From Takakia lepidozioides (Eukaryota > Plantae > Bryophyta): a DNA stretch of 64,000 bases. Shown in pieces: positions 47,774-62,716 of the stretch. A model generated the notes under the pieces. That model had not been told where the DNA came from, searched no databases, and worked only from the letters and a program-made list of their open reading frames with translations. Each line of letters starts with the position of its first letter. Position 1 is the first letter of the stretch. The position numbers were made by a program, and so were the translations under genes. The stretch spans positions 60,140,001 to 60,204,000 of the forward strand of contig CM060734.1 of the NCBI GenBank assembly GCA_030704615.1, written 5' to 3'.

Positions 47774-50700
47774 ACTGCTCCTAGTGCTTCTCCATAAGCA
47801 TCACAGTGAACATGAAATGACAATGTAAGTTCCTCAAAAGCCTGTTGACATTCAGGTGTCCATGCAAACATTGCATCTTTCTTCAGAAGTTTGCTCAATG
47901 GTGCTGCTATCTGTGCATACCGTCTGACAAATCTTCTGTAATAACTGGTTTGCCCAAGGGATCTCCTTAGACTCTTAACATTCACTGGTGGTGGAGAGGC
48001 TTTAATAGCCTCTGTTTTCCTGGGATCCACAAGAAGTCCCCTCTTACACACAATGTGTCCCAAAAGCACCCCTGGGTTCACACAGAAAGTACACTTCTCT
48101 GGATTCAGGCCCAGACCCCTCATCCTGCATCTGGCCAGACATAACTCCAATTTATGCAAGTGCTCATTCTTAGAGCTGTACACACTGAAATCATCCAAGA
48201 ACACCTGCATGAAATCATCCAGATACTCATGAAAAGATTCACTTATCACTCTCTGAAAGGTTGCTGGTGCATTACAAAGTCCAAAAGACATGACTTTGTA
48301 TGCATAAGCACCCCAGTCTGTGATGAAAGCTGTCTTTCCCTGGTCTTCTTCTGCCACTTGCACTTGATTATAACCACTGAAGCCATCCATGAATGAGTAC
48401 ATCTCATGGCCTGCAACAGTGTCCAGTACTGCTTCTGTGAATGGTAAAGGAAATGGATCTTTCTTCGTGCAAGCATTCAACTTCTTATAGTTCACACAAA
48501 CTCTTAGTTTACCATTCTTCTTGGGAACTATCACAATGGGTGACAACCAAATTGTATACTCTATTGGGTATATAAACTTGGCCTCAGCCAACTTCTTGAT
48601 CTCTTCTCCAACCTTCTATGCATAGTTGGGATTCATTCTGTACCTTGCCTGTTTAATTGGTACTGACCCTTGTTCCAGTTCAATCTTATGCTGACAGATC
48701 TCAGGTGGTATCCCTTTTAGATCCTCGTAGCTCCAAGCAAATACATTTCTGTATTTGATGAACAAACTCTTCACTTCCTCAAAGAATTCTGGTTCCAAAT
48801 CAGCTCCCACCTTCACCATACTCGGCTCATCTTTAGTTCCCACATTCACTTCTCTCACCTGCTCATCAGCTGTGATTGTCCAACCAATCACCACTTCATC
48901 CTGTAAACTCACAGTGGCTGGTTCCTCTAGGATTTCCATTTCTCCTTCATTTTCTTCATAGAAATGTGGTGGGTAACTGCTGGTTTCCTCTTCAATTGGT
49001 GCTGTCACTACACCACAGCAGATACCTTTTAAACAACTTAGACCTTCCAACTGCATCTCTGCAACCTGCTCCCATTCTGGGTGTGCAGCGAACATGGTAG
49101 CTTCCTACTCCTAATCCAGTCCTCCTCTCCAGTCATACTCTCTGACCCCTCGAGGTCTTCTCGTAGCAGGTAATCTACTAGATTTCTTAGTGGTAATTTG
49201 TATCTCGTGCATCCCATTATGCACAGTTAGTAAATGAGAATTCCAGTCATGGAATACCCTGGCCTGTTTCAGCCAAGGACGTCCCAATAATAAGGAGTAA
49301 GCCTCCATGACTTCATCCATCTTCAACACAGTTACTGTGATCATAAAGATCATCTTCTGTATCTGTATCTTAACTCCTCTTATCAATCCCAATGGCTGTA
49401 CACTTCTTTGATCTGCCATTGTTACTGTAAATGGGGCTGGTTTCATGTTACTTAGTCCAAGCCTCTTCCTTAATTGGTCTGTCATGATATTTACTCCAGA
49501 GCCTCCATCTATTAGTACATCAGTTAATTCTGTGCTTCCAATTCTCAATTGGATTACTGGCATAGAATCATCAAAGTCCATGACTGTTTCTCGCCCTTCC
49601 GGCTTCACATTATAACTGGTCACCTTGTTGTTCAGGTCTGTGTTTCCTGTCTCCTAGGCAATCCGATTGATTGCTTGATACAGCCTGTGTCTACAATAAG
49701 GTGCCACAGCCAATAGTTGTCCAATGGTAATCTCTGCTTTGGTCTGGCATATTACTTCAGCCAAAGTCCCTTCATTACTTTGCATGTATGCAACTTCTTT
49801 CTTCATTTCATCCTCACTCACTTCTTCTTCTCCATCAGAATCAGAGGAATCTGCCACAGGAATATCAGTTATCTTCTGCATTTCCTTTATGGTATCTGCC
49901 ACTTCCTTGTGCAGTTCCTTCTCATCTCTCCAAGCCTCATCATCTTTAGGCATATCACTGCCATCTTCATTATCATCATCTTCCTCAACTACTGGAGGTA
50001 TTATTTTGCTTTGCTTCTTGTTACTATCATTGTACTTACTTCTGGTACAACACATGGCCTAACCATGTGAGCTGCCACCACTGGGCCCTCATTCACAGGA
50101 GCTCTCATCTCATTCTGGTGTCTAATCTAGAATGAACAGGCTGCCTTGCGATGTCCTGGCTGATTACAATAGTAACACAGTTCTTCACCATTGGGTCCTC
50201 GCCCTTGGTCTGCTCTTGGATTATTTCTGTAATCCTGATTCCCTGGCTGGTAATTCCCCCTTGGATTATCCTGATAGTTGCCTCTGGAATTTCCTTGGTA
50301 ATTCCCTCTTGAATTACCTCTCCCTTCCATGCCATTGTTATAACCACTAGGCCTACCATAGTGGTCCTGATCACTGTTTCTTCTTGGCTGGGGTTACACT
50401 TGATGCACCCTTACTTGCCTAGGTTCTCTTGCAACTGTCCTTCTGTTGTAGTAACAATTCTCAGTAGAATGGTTATCCATCTTACAGATAGTACAGTGTT
50501 TCTCCTTCATGTGGCATTCAGTGGTGGTATGGCCTTCATTCTGGCACTTTGCACACCAAACACCCTTCCTCCAATGTGTTGCAGCCTCTGTGGCATACTT
50601 CTTCAAGATTTCTTCTAATCTTTTCTCATAGTTATCCCTCTTCAACTTCTCCTTTCTCTTACTCTTCCTCTTCAGTTCTTGCTCTTCTTCTTCATCTGAC

Positions 50701-53589
50701 TCATCCTCAGAGTCCTCATCATCCTTTTTCTCTCTCCTGAGCATTCCCAATTGCTCAATTATGTTTGCTGTTTCAAATGCCTCCTCCACTGTATTATGGG
50801 GTAACATATCCACTTTCTTCTGCAACTCTGGTCTTAGTGCACTCACAAACCAAATCTTCTGTAAACCTGGTGCTGGTACAGCAGCCAGCTTTTTCATCAT
50901 CAATTCCATCTTTTCCATATACTCCTCAACAGTTTCATGCTTCTTTTGCTTTAACTGTTGTAAACTTCCATACACTTCATCCTCAGTTTTACTTGTCCTG
51001 AACCTATTTCAGAATGTTGTATTCAAGCCATTCCAGGTTAGGAAATGATTATCAGGGAATCTTGCATACCATTCACTTGCCTTCTTGATAAGGGAACAAG
51101 GAAACAGTCTCATCTTGGCATCATCGCCATTCTCATTGTTCACTATACACATGTGCTCAAATTGGCTAATGTGTACATCGGGATCCCCTTTTCCTGAATA
51201 TATTGGAAAATATGGTTTTTCCCGTGTTGGTTGTAACGCCATCTGTGGCCCTACCTTCTGCCCACTGACAGGTGCTGGCACCCTTGCTGGTGCTGGTTCT
51301 TAAGGACCAGTTGTTGTTGTGGTGGATCTTCCACCCAGTGGTGGCCCCTGAGCACTTCCTGCTACTGGCCCCACGATATTCATAGTATTCCCAGCTCCAG
51401 TTGCACTACTTCCCACACTCCCTGTCCCCCCAAAGCCAGATCCAGGCAGCCCGCCTGATCCCCCTGAGCCGACACCTTCGTTGCCATGTGATCCAAGTGC
51501 TCCACTTGATCCAGGTCCAACGGGTTGGGATGTCATGGTTGTAGTCTCAACCTCAGCTGTTGGGTCTATTTCATCATACTCTTCCTCTTCCAATTTCTTC
51601 TCTCTGTTTTCATCCTCCAAGTTCTGCCCTTGGGTTTCTTCTTCACTCATGTAACTCAACTGCAACGGTGTTGGAAGAGTCTGAACTCTCCGTTGGCTCT
51701 GCCACATCCTCTCCTCCTTCTTCACCTTCCGCTTCAGAAACTGGAGTTCCTGCTTTTGGTGTTCCATGCCAACTCTGTCAAATCTTTTATCCAGGGATGT
51801 ACCTCAGATCTTTCACCTCGTGATTGATCTTCTTCCCGTACCAATTCCCTTAATCTTTCTTGCAAAGAAAAAGAAGGAGTGGCATCCAACTCTAGTTCTT
51901 CCGGTATGGGTGATGTACTCCTTGATCTTAATGGTGTGAGAGGTCCAGATGATTCCCCTATGTCTATTCCTCTCTCCCAAAGATATGGATAATTAGCTTT
52001 CAGATAGCTTTCTCTTTTTGCTGAATATCTCTGGAGTCTAGCTTCTCTTTCATCACTCATGTCCCATGAATTTCATTTTTTTAATGTGGCAATAACCAAA
52101 ACTCTCTTCTGTAATATCTCTCGTATATGCCTGGGTTTCTTTCAAGCTTCAATGCACCCTTGGCTATACTAGAAGTCTTCGTTACCATATAACCATATGG
52201 CAAACAAGTCTGGAAAGTTGTTCTTGGTGTGAGTTTGATCCACAAAATATCCTTTGGAATCCAATTCTTTACCAGTACAAGCTCTTCATGCATATGTGTA
52301 TAAACATTCACCTTTCTTTCCTCCCAGCCTTCAAACTCTACTCTCTTAATGGATAGCAATGCTATCACATAAACCAGTGTTGGTAACCAACGTGCTCTTC
52401 CTCTACAGGCCACCTGATAAATCTTTATCACTCCTTTTTCCAGACCCCATTCAGGGTCAGCATCATGCACTCTCTTAAGAATGTTTTCTTTACAACCGTC
52501 TGGCAATTCCAAGAACCTCTGAAAGAATCGTTTGGACAATCTTTCCTTCTCAGTTTCACAAGGAATTTGATTCACATCAAATTCTTTAATTCTCCAACCA
52601 CCATGATCCCACCAGATGCCTGTCACATCTGGTTGTTCATGACCCAGTTCCCCAGTATGGTCGCCAAATGTCGCGCGGCTTTTACTCACCCATCCCTTCG
52701 CTATCCGAGGGGGAAACTCCAAGATAGAAGAGTTGGATATCTCTAAGCACTCAGCCCGCGCAGAACAATCAGTTATGACCTGCAGCTAGCGAATCATGGT
52801 TGGGTTTCCAATTTATATTCCTTCTTGCTTTCATATTCTCAGTTCTTCTTTATCATGTATACTTAAGCGTCAGATTACTCCTTTGACTCTCTGATTCCAT
52901 TCATTCCACAGCTTCACTCAAGTCTCTCTACACAGTGTGATTATATCGGATAAGAATCAGATTAAGGATAATCAGATAACATGTCGATGCCACAGTGTCT
53001 CTGATCTACCTTCCTATGTAATCCTACAGCTTGTACTAACTAAGTCGCCATCGTCTCTTTCTCCTCTCTGCTGTGATATCCTCCGTCCGCCTTCCGTGAT
53101 GTCCAAGAAGTGATGATCCCCCTTCCCAGTCCTCGCTCCTGGCTTTATCTTCCTACCCGTTGTTCTAACCGTTTCCCTCACTAACCGTCATCCGTGAACT
53201 AACACGTTCCATTCGCAGATGTTGTTCCCCACAGTCGTTCCCTGTCCTGCTATCCGTTCCCTATGGTCGTGACAGCTGTGTCAAGCTGTGACTGGCTGTG
53301 TGAAACTGTGACGGGCTGTGACTGGTTGTGCGACTGTGTTGGCTGTGCGAAGTTGTGACGGGCTATGTTGGCTGTGACTGGCTGTGTTGGCTGTGCGAAG
53401 CTGTGATGGGCTGTGTTGGACTGTGACGGGCTGTGACGGGTTGTGATGGACTGTGTTGGGCTGTGTATCTCCCCCCCTAAAGCCTGTTGCTGTCACCCCT
53501 AAGGCTCCTATTGGTCTCAGTCTGTGTAAAAATTAAGGGTACCCCACAGATCCCGTAAAAGCGTCGAAGTCCCAAGCAGTCCTCTAACA
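47774..53589 (-). mobile_element. Ty3/Gypsy family A copy 2: LTR 52669-53589, PBS 52649-52666, ORF0, gag, PR, RT; truncated at RNase H
   Basis: gag with CCHC knuckles (CAKCQNEGHTTTEC, CYYCNQPGHRKAAC), protease VLIDGGSG, RT FMDGFSGYNQ/FLDD; many stops. Confidence 0.92.
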
Positions 53590-54715
53590 CTTTGTCCCCA
53601 CTCATTTCTCCTACTGACAATGTAACATCAGGTCCATCCATCTCCACCCTATCCTGGTTTGAAGTCCAGAGTCTCCATTCCATTTCTCAAAAGCTTTTTC
53701 CCTTCCTCACATTTCTCTCTCTCTCTCTCTTTCTATTCAAGAGTCAGTCCCAAAATTTCACAATACGATTTCTAAGTGCCAAAAAAAAGAAGCCGTCAAT
53801 CTACGAACTTATCTGTCTTATACTCCAGAGAAGCAGTGGGTCTGCCTGCCAAGATGGCACCTCGCCATCTCCGTCAGCAGCCACATTAACTTCTTTTCTT
53901 GTCTTGATTCCAGTGTTTATCATGCCATGACGGCTCTGCTTCAGCCTATGGCAACATCCCTGTGGCTTGCCAACTAATTACCCTATCCTTCTATATGTGC
54001 CATTCTTCCCTAAGAATTGATATGGTCCTATAGCAAGAAGACATAAAGCATCTATAAGCCTTTAATTACAGATAACCTGAGTTGCCATTCACACAAGCCA
54101 GCACTTCACATGCTTGGCAGCTGTTGAGCCGCTCTATCCCCTCCATTGATTGTGCCCACAACTCCACTTCCCTGTTCTCTGGCAGCTGGTTGTTTTCCTT
54201 GCATGCTCATCCTCTCATAACTGTGTTCTTCAAGGCAAATGGCGGCTCAGGTGGTGCACCGCTCTCCTTGCCTGTTCATCCTTCAAAAACTGATCATTAC
54301 CCTGAAGAAGGCGGCACCGCTTCTCTTGTTGCACAGAATACCAAGTAGAAGCCTTTAACACTTCTCCTTAAAGCAAGCTAGAATCCCCTAGTGTAGGAGC
54401 ACTTTCCTGAGACAGACTGCCCTGCCAATACCACTGCTTGCAGCAGTTGCTAAGAGTTGCCCGTCATCTTCCTCTTCGTCTTCCTCAACCCACGTTTCTA
54501 GGGTAAACGTCTGCAATGAAAGACATTCATCCTAAGGATGAAAATACGCATGGTCATGACTTAGCCACTTTTTATCTTGGCAAAGCAATATCATAGTGTG
54601 CCCATGAAATTACCTGTAGGCATGGATAATTCCCTCCCGTTATTTGGCACAAGGCACTCCCTTTGCAGAATCTTGATGGCAAAATAAAATTTAATGTTAC
54701 TCCCCTGCATTCACA

Positions 54716-55304
54716 CTACACCAGTGGATCCGCCACTACAGTCATACCCCGCTTCTGTCTCTTAGACTGGTGTTGCCCTGCCAGTCCACCCTCACTATAT
54801 GAAGAGCCCTGCTCTTCAATTGCAGTGGTTACTGCCTCAAACACTCCCATCTCCTTACGTTCCCGAGTATCAAGTATGCAAGAGTCAAGAATGATTTGGG
54901 CAATGACTGGACCAGACACAATGATCGGAGACTTAGCAGCAGTGCCCTGTAACCTCTTCATCTCGTCCACCAGACCTTTGTATATTAAGTCCGCCCAAGC
55001 TACATCCTCTCCCCTCAAAGCTTTCAGGATCTCCTCTGTGAATGACCTGCTCAAATATTGTTGGTTCTGTTTCATGGCAAAACAGAATGTTCAATATTTG
55101 GCCAACTTCTTTGAGCCCTGGTACTCGGCTTTGGTACAAGCGTAACCTTGAGACTTAAAGAAACTCCCTTCTTGGAACAAATTCCCTATCTGCAATCTTG
55201 CCCTGTGCTCATCCACATCCACATGACCTGATGGCAAATCAAACAATTGCTGCAGGTAGTGGGGAGTAATTTCTATATCTACTCCCCTCACCTGGGTAAC
55301 TCCC
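54716..55304 (-). mobile_element. Fragment of the family A extra 3' ORF (older copy, target of a nested insertion)
   Basis: Near-identical to 58975-59559. Confidence 0.85.
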
Positions 55305-56216
55305 TGTCGAGCGGCTTTTACTCACCCATCCCTTTGCTATCCGAGGTGGAAACTCCAAGATAGAAGAGTTGGATATCTCTAAGTACTCAGCCCGCTCAGA
55401 ACATTTTGTCATGACCTGCAGCTAGTGAATCATGGTTGTGCTTCCTATTTGCATTCCTTCTTGCATTCATGTTATCAATTTACCTTACCGTGTATACTGA
55501 AGCATCAGATTGCTTCAGTATCTACTAAGTTCCAGTTAATCATGCATTCATTCCACAGCTTCATTCCTGTCTCTCTACACAGTGTGATTGTATCGAATAA
55601 GTATCAGATTATGATTTATCAGGTATCAAGCCAATGCCATGGTGACTCTAATCTGCCCTACAGTATCACTACAGCTTTGCATGTAACAAACATCTACTGT
55701 TCATCTTTCCTCCTTCTCCGTGCTCTCGTTCTTACTCTCCGCCTGATCTCCTCCCATGCATGACCAAGAAGCGCTCCCGTGAAGTGATCCCCTTCCCATT
55801 GCCGCTCCCTTAATCTACCCACAAGCTGTTCTAACCACCTAACTAACTAACCGTCACCCCTGAAGTAACACGTTCCCTCTGTAGATGTCGTTCCCTCACA
55901 GTCGTTCCTTGTCAATGATAACTGTTCCCTATGTACTGTGACAGACTGTGTAAAGTTGTGTCGGGCTGTGACTGGCTGTGACGGGCTGTGTTTGGCTGTG
56001 TCAAGCTCTGTCGGGCTGTGACTGGCTGTGTCCGGCTGTGCGAAGCTGTGTCGGGCTGTGACTGGCTAAAGCCTGTTGTTGCCACCCCTGATGCTTCTGT
56101 TGGTCTCAGTCTGCGCAAAAATTAAGGGTACCCCACAGAACCCGTAAAAGCGTTAAAGTCCCAAGCAGCCCTCTAACATTACCCCTCCCCCTCTCAAAAA
56201 GCCGTGTCCTCACGGT

Positions 56217-59200
56217 TTACTGTTTGGGATCAGCAAACCTTTGTGAGCGAGCACCCTTCTGTCGGTGAGAGTCGCGTGAAGGACTCCGCGTGCGAGCCCG
56301 AGGCCTGTCACTGGCGGATGGAGAAGATTGAGCACTACCTGGAAATGTCAAACACTCCTTTGGCTGATAACGAGGTAATCGCTCAGGCATAGGAGATCCC
56401 CGTCGTTTCTTCTCTGCCATCTAAAGTGCATAGTCCTCTGCCATCTCAAAAGAGTCCTCTGAAGAAACAGTAATATCAGAATCCTCGTCCCCCCTTAGGT
56501 GTTTTAATGGCCGAACTTTAAGTGGAATCCTGTGTGGCATACAATGTGGTCCCACCATGTCTGGAAGTTTAAACTGTACAACTTGCTGTAAGCGCTTACA
56601 AGCAAAATTAGTGAACGTCTTGAACTCCTTATCCGTATAGGTAAGAGGTGTGCCAATGACTTTGGAACAGTGTAAGTATTTCCAGGCTTCATGTCCCTTA
56701 AAGAAAATATCCTCAAGGCCGAATTTCTGTGTTGACAAATTGTTCCAAGCCGAATGAAACCATGAACGAAGTTGGGAATCCTTCTGCATCATAACTTTTG
56801 CATCATATAGGTACATATGAGGTGGCACTGAAGGTAAGACCCAATGATCCCCACTGGAATAACTCAGAAATCGGGATTGCATCCTCTGCTGCTCAATGTG
56901 ATAACGTGCCAGGAAACAAACAACATAGTATAATCCACAGCCCATGACAATACTAGATACCTCCTTGGTCTTGGTATAAATGTACCCATGTACAACCTGG
57001 AAGGCAATTAATTCCTTCAGCATGGTACCTGCCTCAGACCAATACCTCGCAAAGTGATGATCCTCGATGGGTCGATTGTTCGGAAGAACCTTAGTCCGAG
57101 TTGCCACTGGCAACCACATGCGCATGATCTGGTAGTAATGTGCCAACGACTGCGGAGGACTAAATTCCTTCCAAGCCAAATCCAACACAATGGGAATTTG
57201 GTTGAAGGGCATAATCATAGCCCAACTGTACTCCCGTGCAACAGGAGTCCTAGGTGGGTTAAAAGCAGCATCCCCCCATACCTCAGGCTGTGGTGTGGCT
57301 GTAGTCACAACAGGGTCAGCTACCTGCACAGCTGTCTGCTGTGGTATTGGTACCACTGGCTCTTCTACCACTGGCATCTCCTGCACCCCCTGCGAAGAAG
57401 ATTGAAAAATTAGAGTCCTCGCCTGTAAATAAGTAGTCATCAGCTGCTCCTCACGAACAAAGACTCTCTTGTCAATATTTGAACTCAGGTCATCCACTTG
57501 AGTCTGCAGGCCTTCCACATCCTCCTATAGCTCCGCTATTCTACTATAGACATTGTCTATAGTAGTTGTGGCAATGTTCTGCACTTGCAATCTGAGCTCA
57601 TTCATCTCACCCTGGGTGAGCTTCTGTGGTGCTTTGCCTTCTACCGGCCCTTGAGCTAACCAGACTTGCATAAGGTGGTTATCCACCAAGTCGCGTGTGG
57701 CACCCCTGAGAGTCTGCTCCTCCGTGAGTCTGTACACATTTAACTGCTGTTGTAAAGCCTCCATGCGCTTTGCATGAGGTTCAACCAGACCCGCATAGGC
57801 AGCAGCCAGATTATTGGCTTCCTTCCAAGCCTTGTTAGCCACAGAGAGTCCATGTTTGTTGCAACTCCAGGATGTACCTCTCCTGGTCAGCCTCAACCTG
57901 TCTGTATTGTTTGAAAGTATTTTCATTGCGACAGATTGTATTCTTCATATCAACAATGAGTTTCGCTTGCTTTATTATCTCAGCTTCTGCCTTCATACAT
58001 CTCTCCCCTTGTCTGTTAACTTTTAATGAAGTTTGCTCGAGAGTAGTTGTGAGTGTAGCACATTGTATGGTCATCTTCTCATGTACTGCCTCCAACTCAG
58101 TATGTAGTACATTCACCTCTTGCAATTTGCCCTCATGCTTCACCTGCAATTGGTATAATTGTTGCTTATGTGCTTCATGTAACTGGTCCTGCTGGAGGCC
58201 TGCTTCAATCAAATGTCCCTTGGCCAACTGCAAAGCAGCCTTTGTGTCCTCCAATTCTTGCTGTAACTTGAGATTGACCTCCTCATCTACCTTGTTAGCA
58301 CACTCAGTGGCAATTCGAGCCTCAAACTCCTTCCTGAGTTCCTCCCTCAAAGCTGCCAATTGGGTAGATGGAACATGGGATTTCAGATAAGTACCCAACA
58401 AATTAAGTGTCATGCTTATGGAACTCATAAGCATGGCCTGTTGAGGGTCATCATGGTGAACTTGCTGCTGTTCTCCCTGATCCTCCAGAGTGTGATGCCT
58501 CACCAACCATTCAGGCCATTGCCCCACCAGATTCTCTTCCTGAACCACCTCTTCCTCCACAGGTGTTGCAGTGTCCTTATATTCTACCCCTAGTACCTCC
58601 GTCACAGGTGTGGGTATTACATGCACAGCAGGGTTTTCCCTGGACAAGTGCTACACCTCTGGAACCACTGATTCCCTTACCAAGCCAGAGTTTTCAAAGA
58701 GAAGGTCACCCTTCTCAATTTCGGCCACGACCTGCTCTGTAGTAAGAATGTCCAACCCTTCTCCGTCTAGAGCAATTGGGGGGTGGTGACACAACATGTT
58801 CTAACTGTGGAACCTCTAAAACAACTGAGCCAACTGGCTGTGGTGGCTGTGGTATCGAAGTGACTTCCTCTTCCCTCTCCGAAGGCCGTGCTTCCAACAA
58901 TAACAGCTCTCTCTGTTGCTGTGCCCCATCCTGCACAAGAGCTTGGGAAACATCATCTTGCGGTTTCCGTGAAGCCAGTGGATCCGCCACTACAGTCAAA
59001 CCCCGCTTCTGTCTTTTAGACTGGTGTTGCCCTGCCAGTCCACCCTCACTATATGAAGAGCCCTGCTCTTCAATTGCAGTGGTTACTGCCTCAAACAATC
59101 TCATCTCCTTACGTTCCCGAGTATCAAGTATGCAAGAGTCAAGAATGATTTGGGCAATGACTGGACCAGACACAATGATCGGAGACTTAGCAGCAGTGCC

Positions 59201-60045
59201 CTGTAACCTCTTCATCTCGTCCACCAGACCATTGTACATTAAGTCCGCCCAAGCTACATCCTCTCCCCTCAAAGCTTTCAGGATCTCCTCTGTGAATGAC
59301 CTGCTCAAATATTGTTGGTTCTGTTTCATGGCAAACAGAACGTTCAATATTTGGCCAACTTCTCTGAGCCCTGGGTACTCGGCTTTGGTACAAGCGTAAC
59401 CTTGAGTCTTAAAGAAACTCCCCTTCTTGGAACAAATTCCCTATTTGCAATCTTGCCCTGTGCTCATCCACATCCACATGACCTGATGGCAAATCAAACA
59501 ATTGCTGCAGGTACTGGGGAGTAATTTCTATATCTACTCCCCTCACCTGGGTAACTCCCGTCCGAGGCTCAAAGTTCTGAAGGAATTGAATCAAAAAACT
59601 GCCGATGATGCAAGGACCAGTCCTTGCGTAGCGGCCCCTCCAATTGCAACTCCCTTAGCAGCTGCACTGCCTGCGGTACTGCAATTGTTTGCTTCTGCAG
59701 AATCGTGGTGCTCTTCACCCACATATCCTCCATTCCCCTCACTCTCTTCATTCTAGACAAACAAAAAGGTTTTGTTTGAAACAGCTGAAGGAAAGCTTGC
59801 AGGGCACAGAGCATGAAGATATGGTTGGCACAGAATGGAACAGGTAAGTGCGTGTAAGCTTGTGGGGCTTGCAAGTATCGAGTGAGAGAAAATGTACTCT
59901 CAATTCGTCCGTCCTTGCGCCGCTGCGTAAGAAGTAAAGCAAGTGTGTAATCCGTTACATCCGCCATAGCTACAAAGCTAGTGCTTTGATTGCCCCTTCC
60001 GTCGAGACACTGGCTATTCGGAGCCACCTCGACTCTTCCGCTCAT
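56217..60045 (-). pseudogene. Long extra ORF (~1,270 codons) between pol and the PPT
   Basis: Chain of ORFs joined by single stops or frameshifts; VRGVDIEITPQYLQQLFDLP resembles the Athila-associated plant transposon protein domain; long coiled coil; unknown C-terminal domain. Confidence 0.7.
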
Positions 60046-62716
60046 AACACTTTATATTTCTTGTTCTTGCTTCTTGGAGGAAACCACCTGCACGTAATTC
60101 GCACTCCTGATTGGCTGTTGCCTATTTAGGTAACTTCTTAATTCCAGCCCCCTCCATGGACATTCCCACCTGGAATGTCCAGTAGGACAACACATGTGGC
60201 ATAGGTCCCTCTTTTCTGTACTCGGAAAGGGTTCCATTACCCTTACTCTGAATGCATTAATGGGCCCACAATTAGTATTAGCTGCTGTACCGGGTAGGTA
60301 TTTTGACGGCCCTATTTGTCCTCTTGCATGATGAGACCCACTTTTGCAATCGATGCAGTGCAGTGTGCTTTGCCTTAGTAGCCACGTGTCCGTTTCTAGA
60401 CATGCCCCCGACTTCCTCTCTCCGCGTGGCATATTCTCCAAGTTTGACTTCCAAACTTCTTCTTCACTTGATGGCCACTTTTCTGACGTTAATTTGCGTC
60501 CACCTGTCACTGACTCTATGGACTGTGTAACCTGCATGGGCTGTGTTGGGCTGTGTGACACTGTGATGGGTTGTGATAAGCTGTGTCACGCTGTGATGGG
60601 CTGTGATAGCTATGCGAACACCTGTACTTCCCGCCCTGGTCATATACGCTCGACTTAGCGACAAGTGCTCCATACTCCGTTGGTATCACTGGCGCAGCCC
60701 ATGACTGTTTTTGCGTTTCAACATGCAAATCGTGCTGCAATGGTTTGTCATGGATACCACTGTACCCCTTCAACTTATTGGCATTGACTCTTCCCATCAT
60801 CTCTTTGTTAATGGTTTGTAACATGGCGGTGTTGTTATCATACATCTTCTATATGACATAAGGTCCTTTCCATGGTGATTTAAACTTAGAAGCCTTAATC
60901 TTCCCCTTCTTTTGCAACCACAGAACCAAATCTCCTGTTTTAAAAGTCTTTAATTTACCGTCATCAAACTGATCCTTCCTCTTCATCTGAATTCTGGTCA
61001 TGTTATCAGCTGCATCAGCACGTACTTCTTCCACATGGTATAATTCATGTTTCCTGACCTTAATTGAATCTTCCAATTCCATTCTCTTTCCCCATTCAGT
61101 TCTCATGGTAGGTAACAAGAATTTCACTGGAAGTAAAGCTTCCATACCATAAACTAATTGGAATGGTATATACTTAGTTGTGACTTTATATGAAGTCATG
61201 TATGACCACAAAGTTGTCAGCAGCTTTGTATCCCAATCTGTTCTGTTTGCATTGACTTTCTTAGCCAAGATAGTACATAGTATTTTGTTGGTAGCCTCTG
61301 CCTGCCCATTACCCTGTGGGTAATATGTTGTACTCTTCCTATGCACAATCATGAACTCTTTAGTCAAGAGTTCAATGGTCTCATTAATGAAGTGACTTCC
61401 CTGGTCACTGATAAATTCCTGGGGACAGCCAAATCGTGTAAGTATGTTCTCATACATGAACCTTGCTGTGGACTTAGTTGTGTTGTCCCTCAGAGCTTTA
61501 GCTTCCACCCACTTTGTAGTATAATCAGTGGCTATGATTATATACTTGTTCTGTGTATTCTTGGCTGGTGGGTTAATTGGTCCAACAAAGTCTAGTCCCC
61601 ATTTCTGAAATGGTTCAGTAGGCATCGTAGGATGCAAAGCCATCTTCCCAGATCTCTACAATGGTCCTAGCCTCTGACACTCATCACAACTCTGACAATA
61701 CTTGTGTACATCCTTGAACAAAGTAGGCCACCAGTAACCTGCAAATAGTATCTTTCTACTGGTAGTCTCTTCTCCAAAATGACCTCCAGCCACTCATTTA
61801 TGAACTTCCTCCAAAACTTTATTTACTTCATGGTGGTACAAGCATCGTTTAAGTACTCCATCAGGTCCTAGCTTATACATTCTGCCCCCTACCATAGTAT
61901 AAGGTAAAGCCTTGATAGCAATTCTCTTCCTCTGCTCCTTACCATAACTAGGTGGGCACTGACCATGAGTAAGGTAGTGTCTGATTGGCCATTGCCAATC
62001 TAACCAGTCATCTGCACTTCCCTGCACCTCCACCGCAAATAAACTCGCATCAGGTAATTGGTCGTCTACCCCTGTGGCGGGCTCTCCTGTTGATAGGCGT
62101 GACAAGTGATCTGCCACAAGATGCAAACGGCCAGGCTTGTAAACAACTTCGAGCTCAAACTCGTGCAAGATTATTAACCACCTTGCTATTTTTCCACTTA
62201 TCAAAGGTTTGTTCACCAGATATATCAGAGCCTGGTGATCCATATAAAACATAAACTTTCTTCCCAATAGGTAATGCTTGAATTTCTTGACTGCATAAAT
62301 CATTGCCAGTGCTTCTCTTTCAGTTGTGCTATAGTTCCTTTCAGCACTGTTCATCAACCTGCTAGCATAGTACACAGGTGAATCTATATTTCCTGTAACA
62401 TTTTGGGCTAACATTGCTCCCAACGCTTCTCCTGAGGCATCACAGTGAACATGACATACTACATGCCAGTGTGGGTTAATCAGCACAGGTGTAGTTGTTA
62501 AAGAAAAAGAAGGAGTGGCATCCAACTCTAGTTCTTCCGGTATGGGTGATGTACTCTCTGATCTTAATGGTGTGAGAGGTCCAGATGATTCCCCTATGTC
62601 TATTCCTCTCTCCCAAAGATATGGATAATTAGCTTTCAGATAACTTTCTCTTTTTGTTGAATATCTCTGGTGTCTAGTTTCTCTTTCATCACTCATGTCC
62701 CATGTCTTTCATTTCT

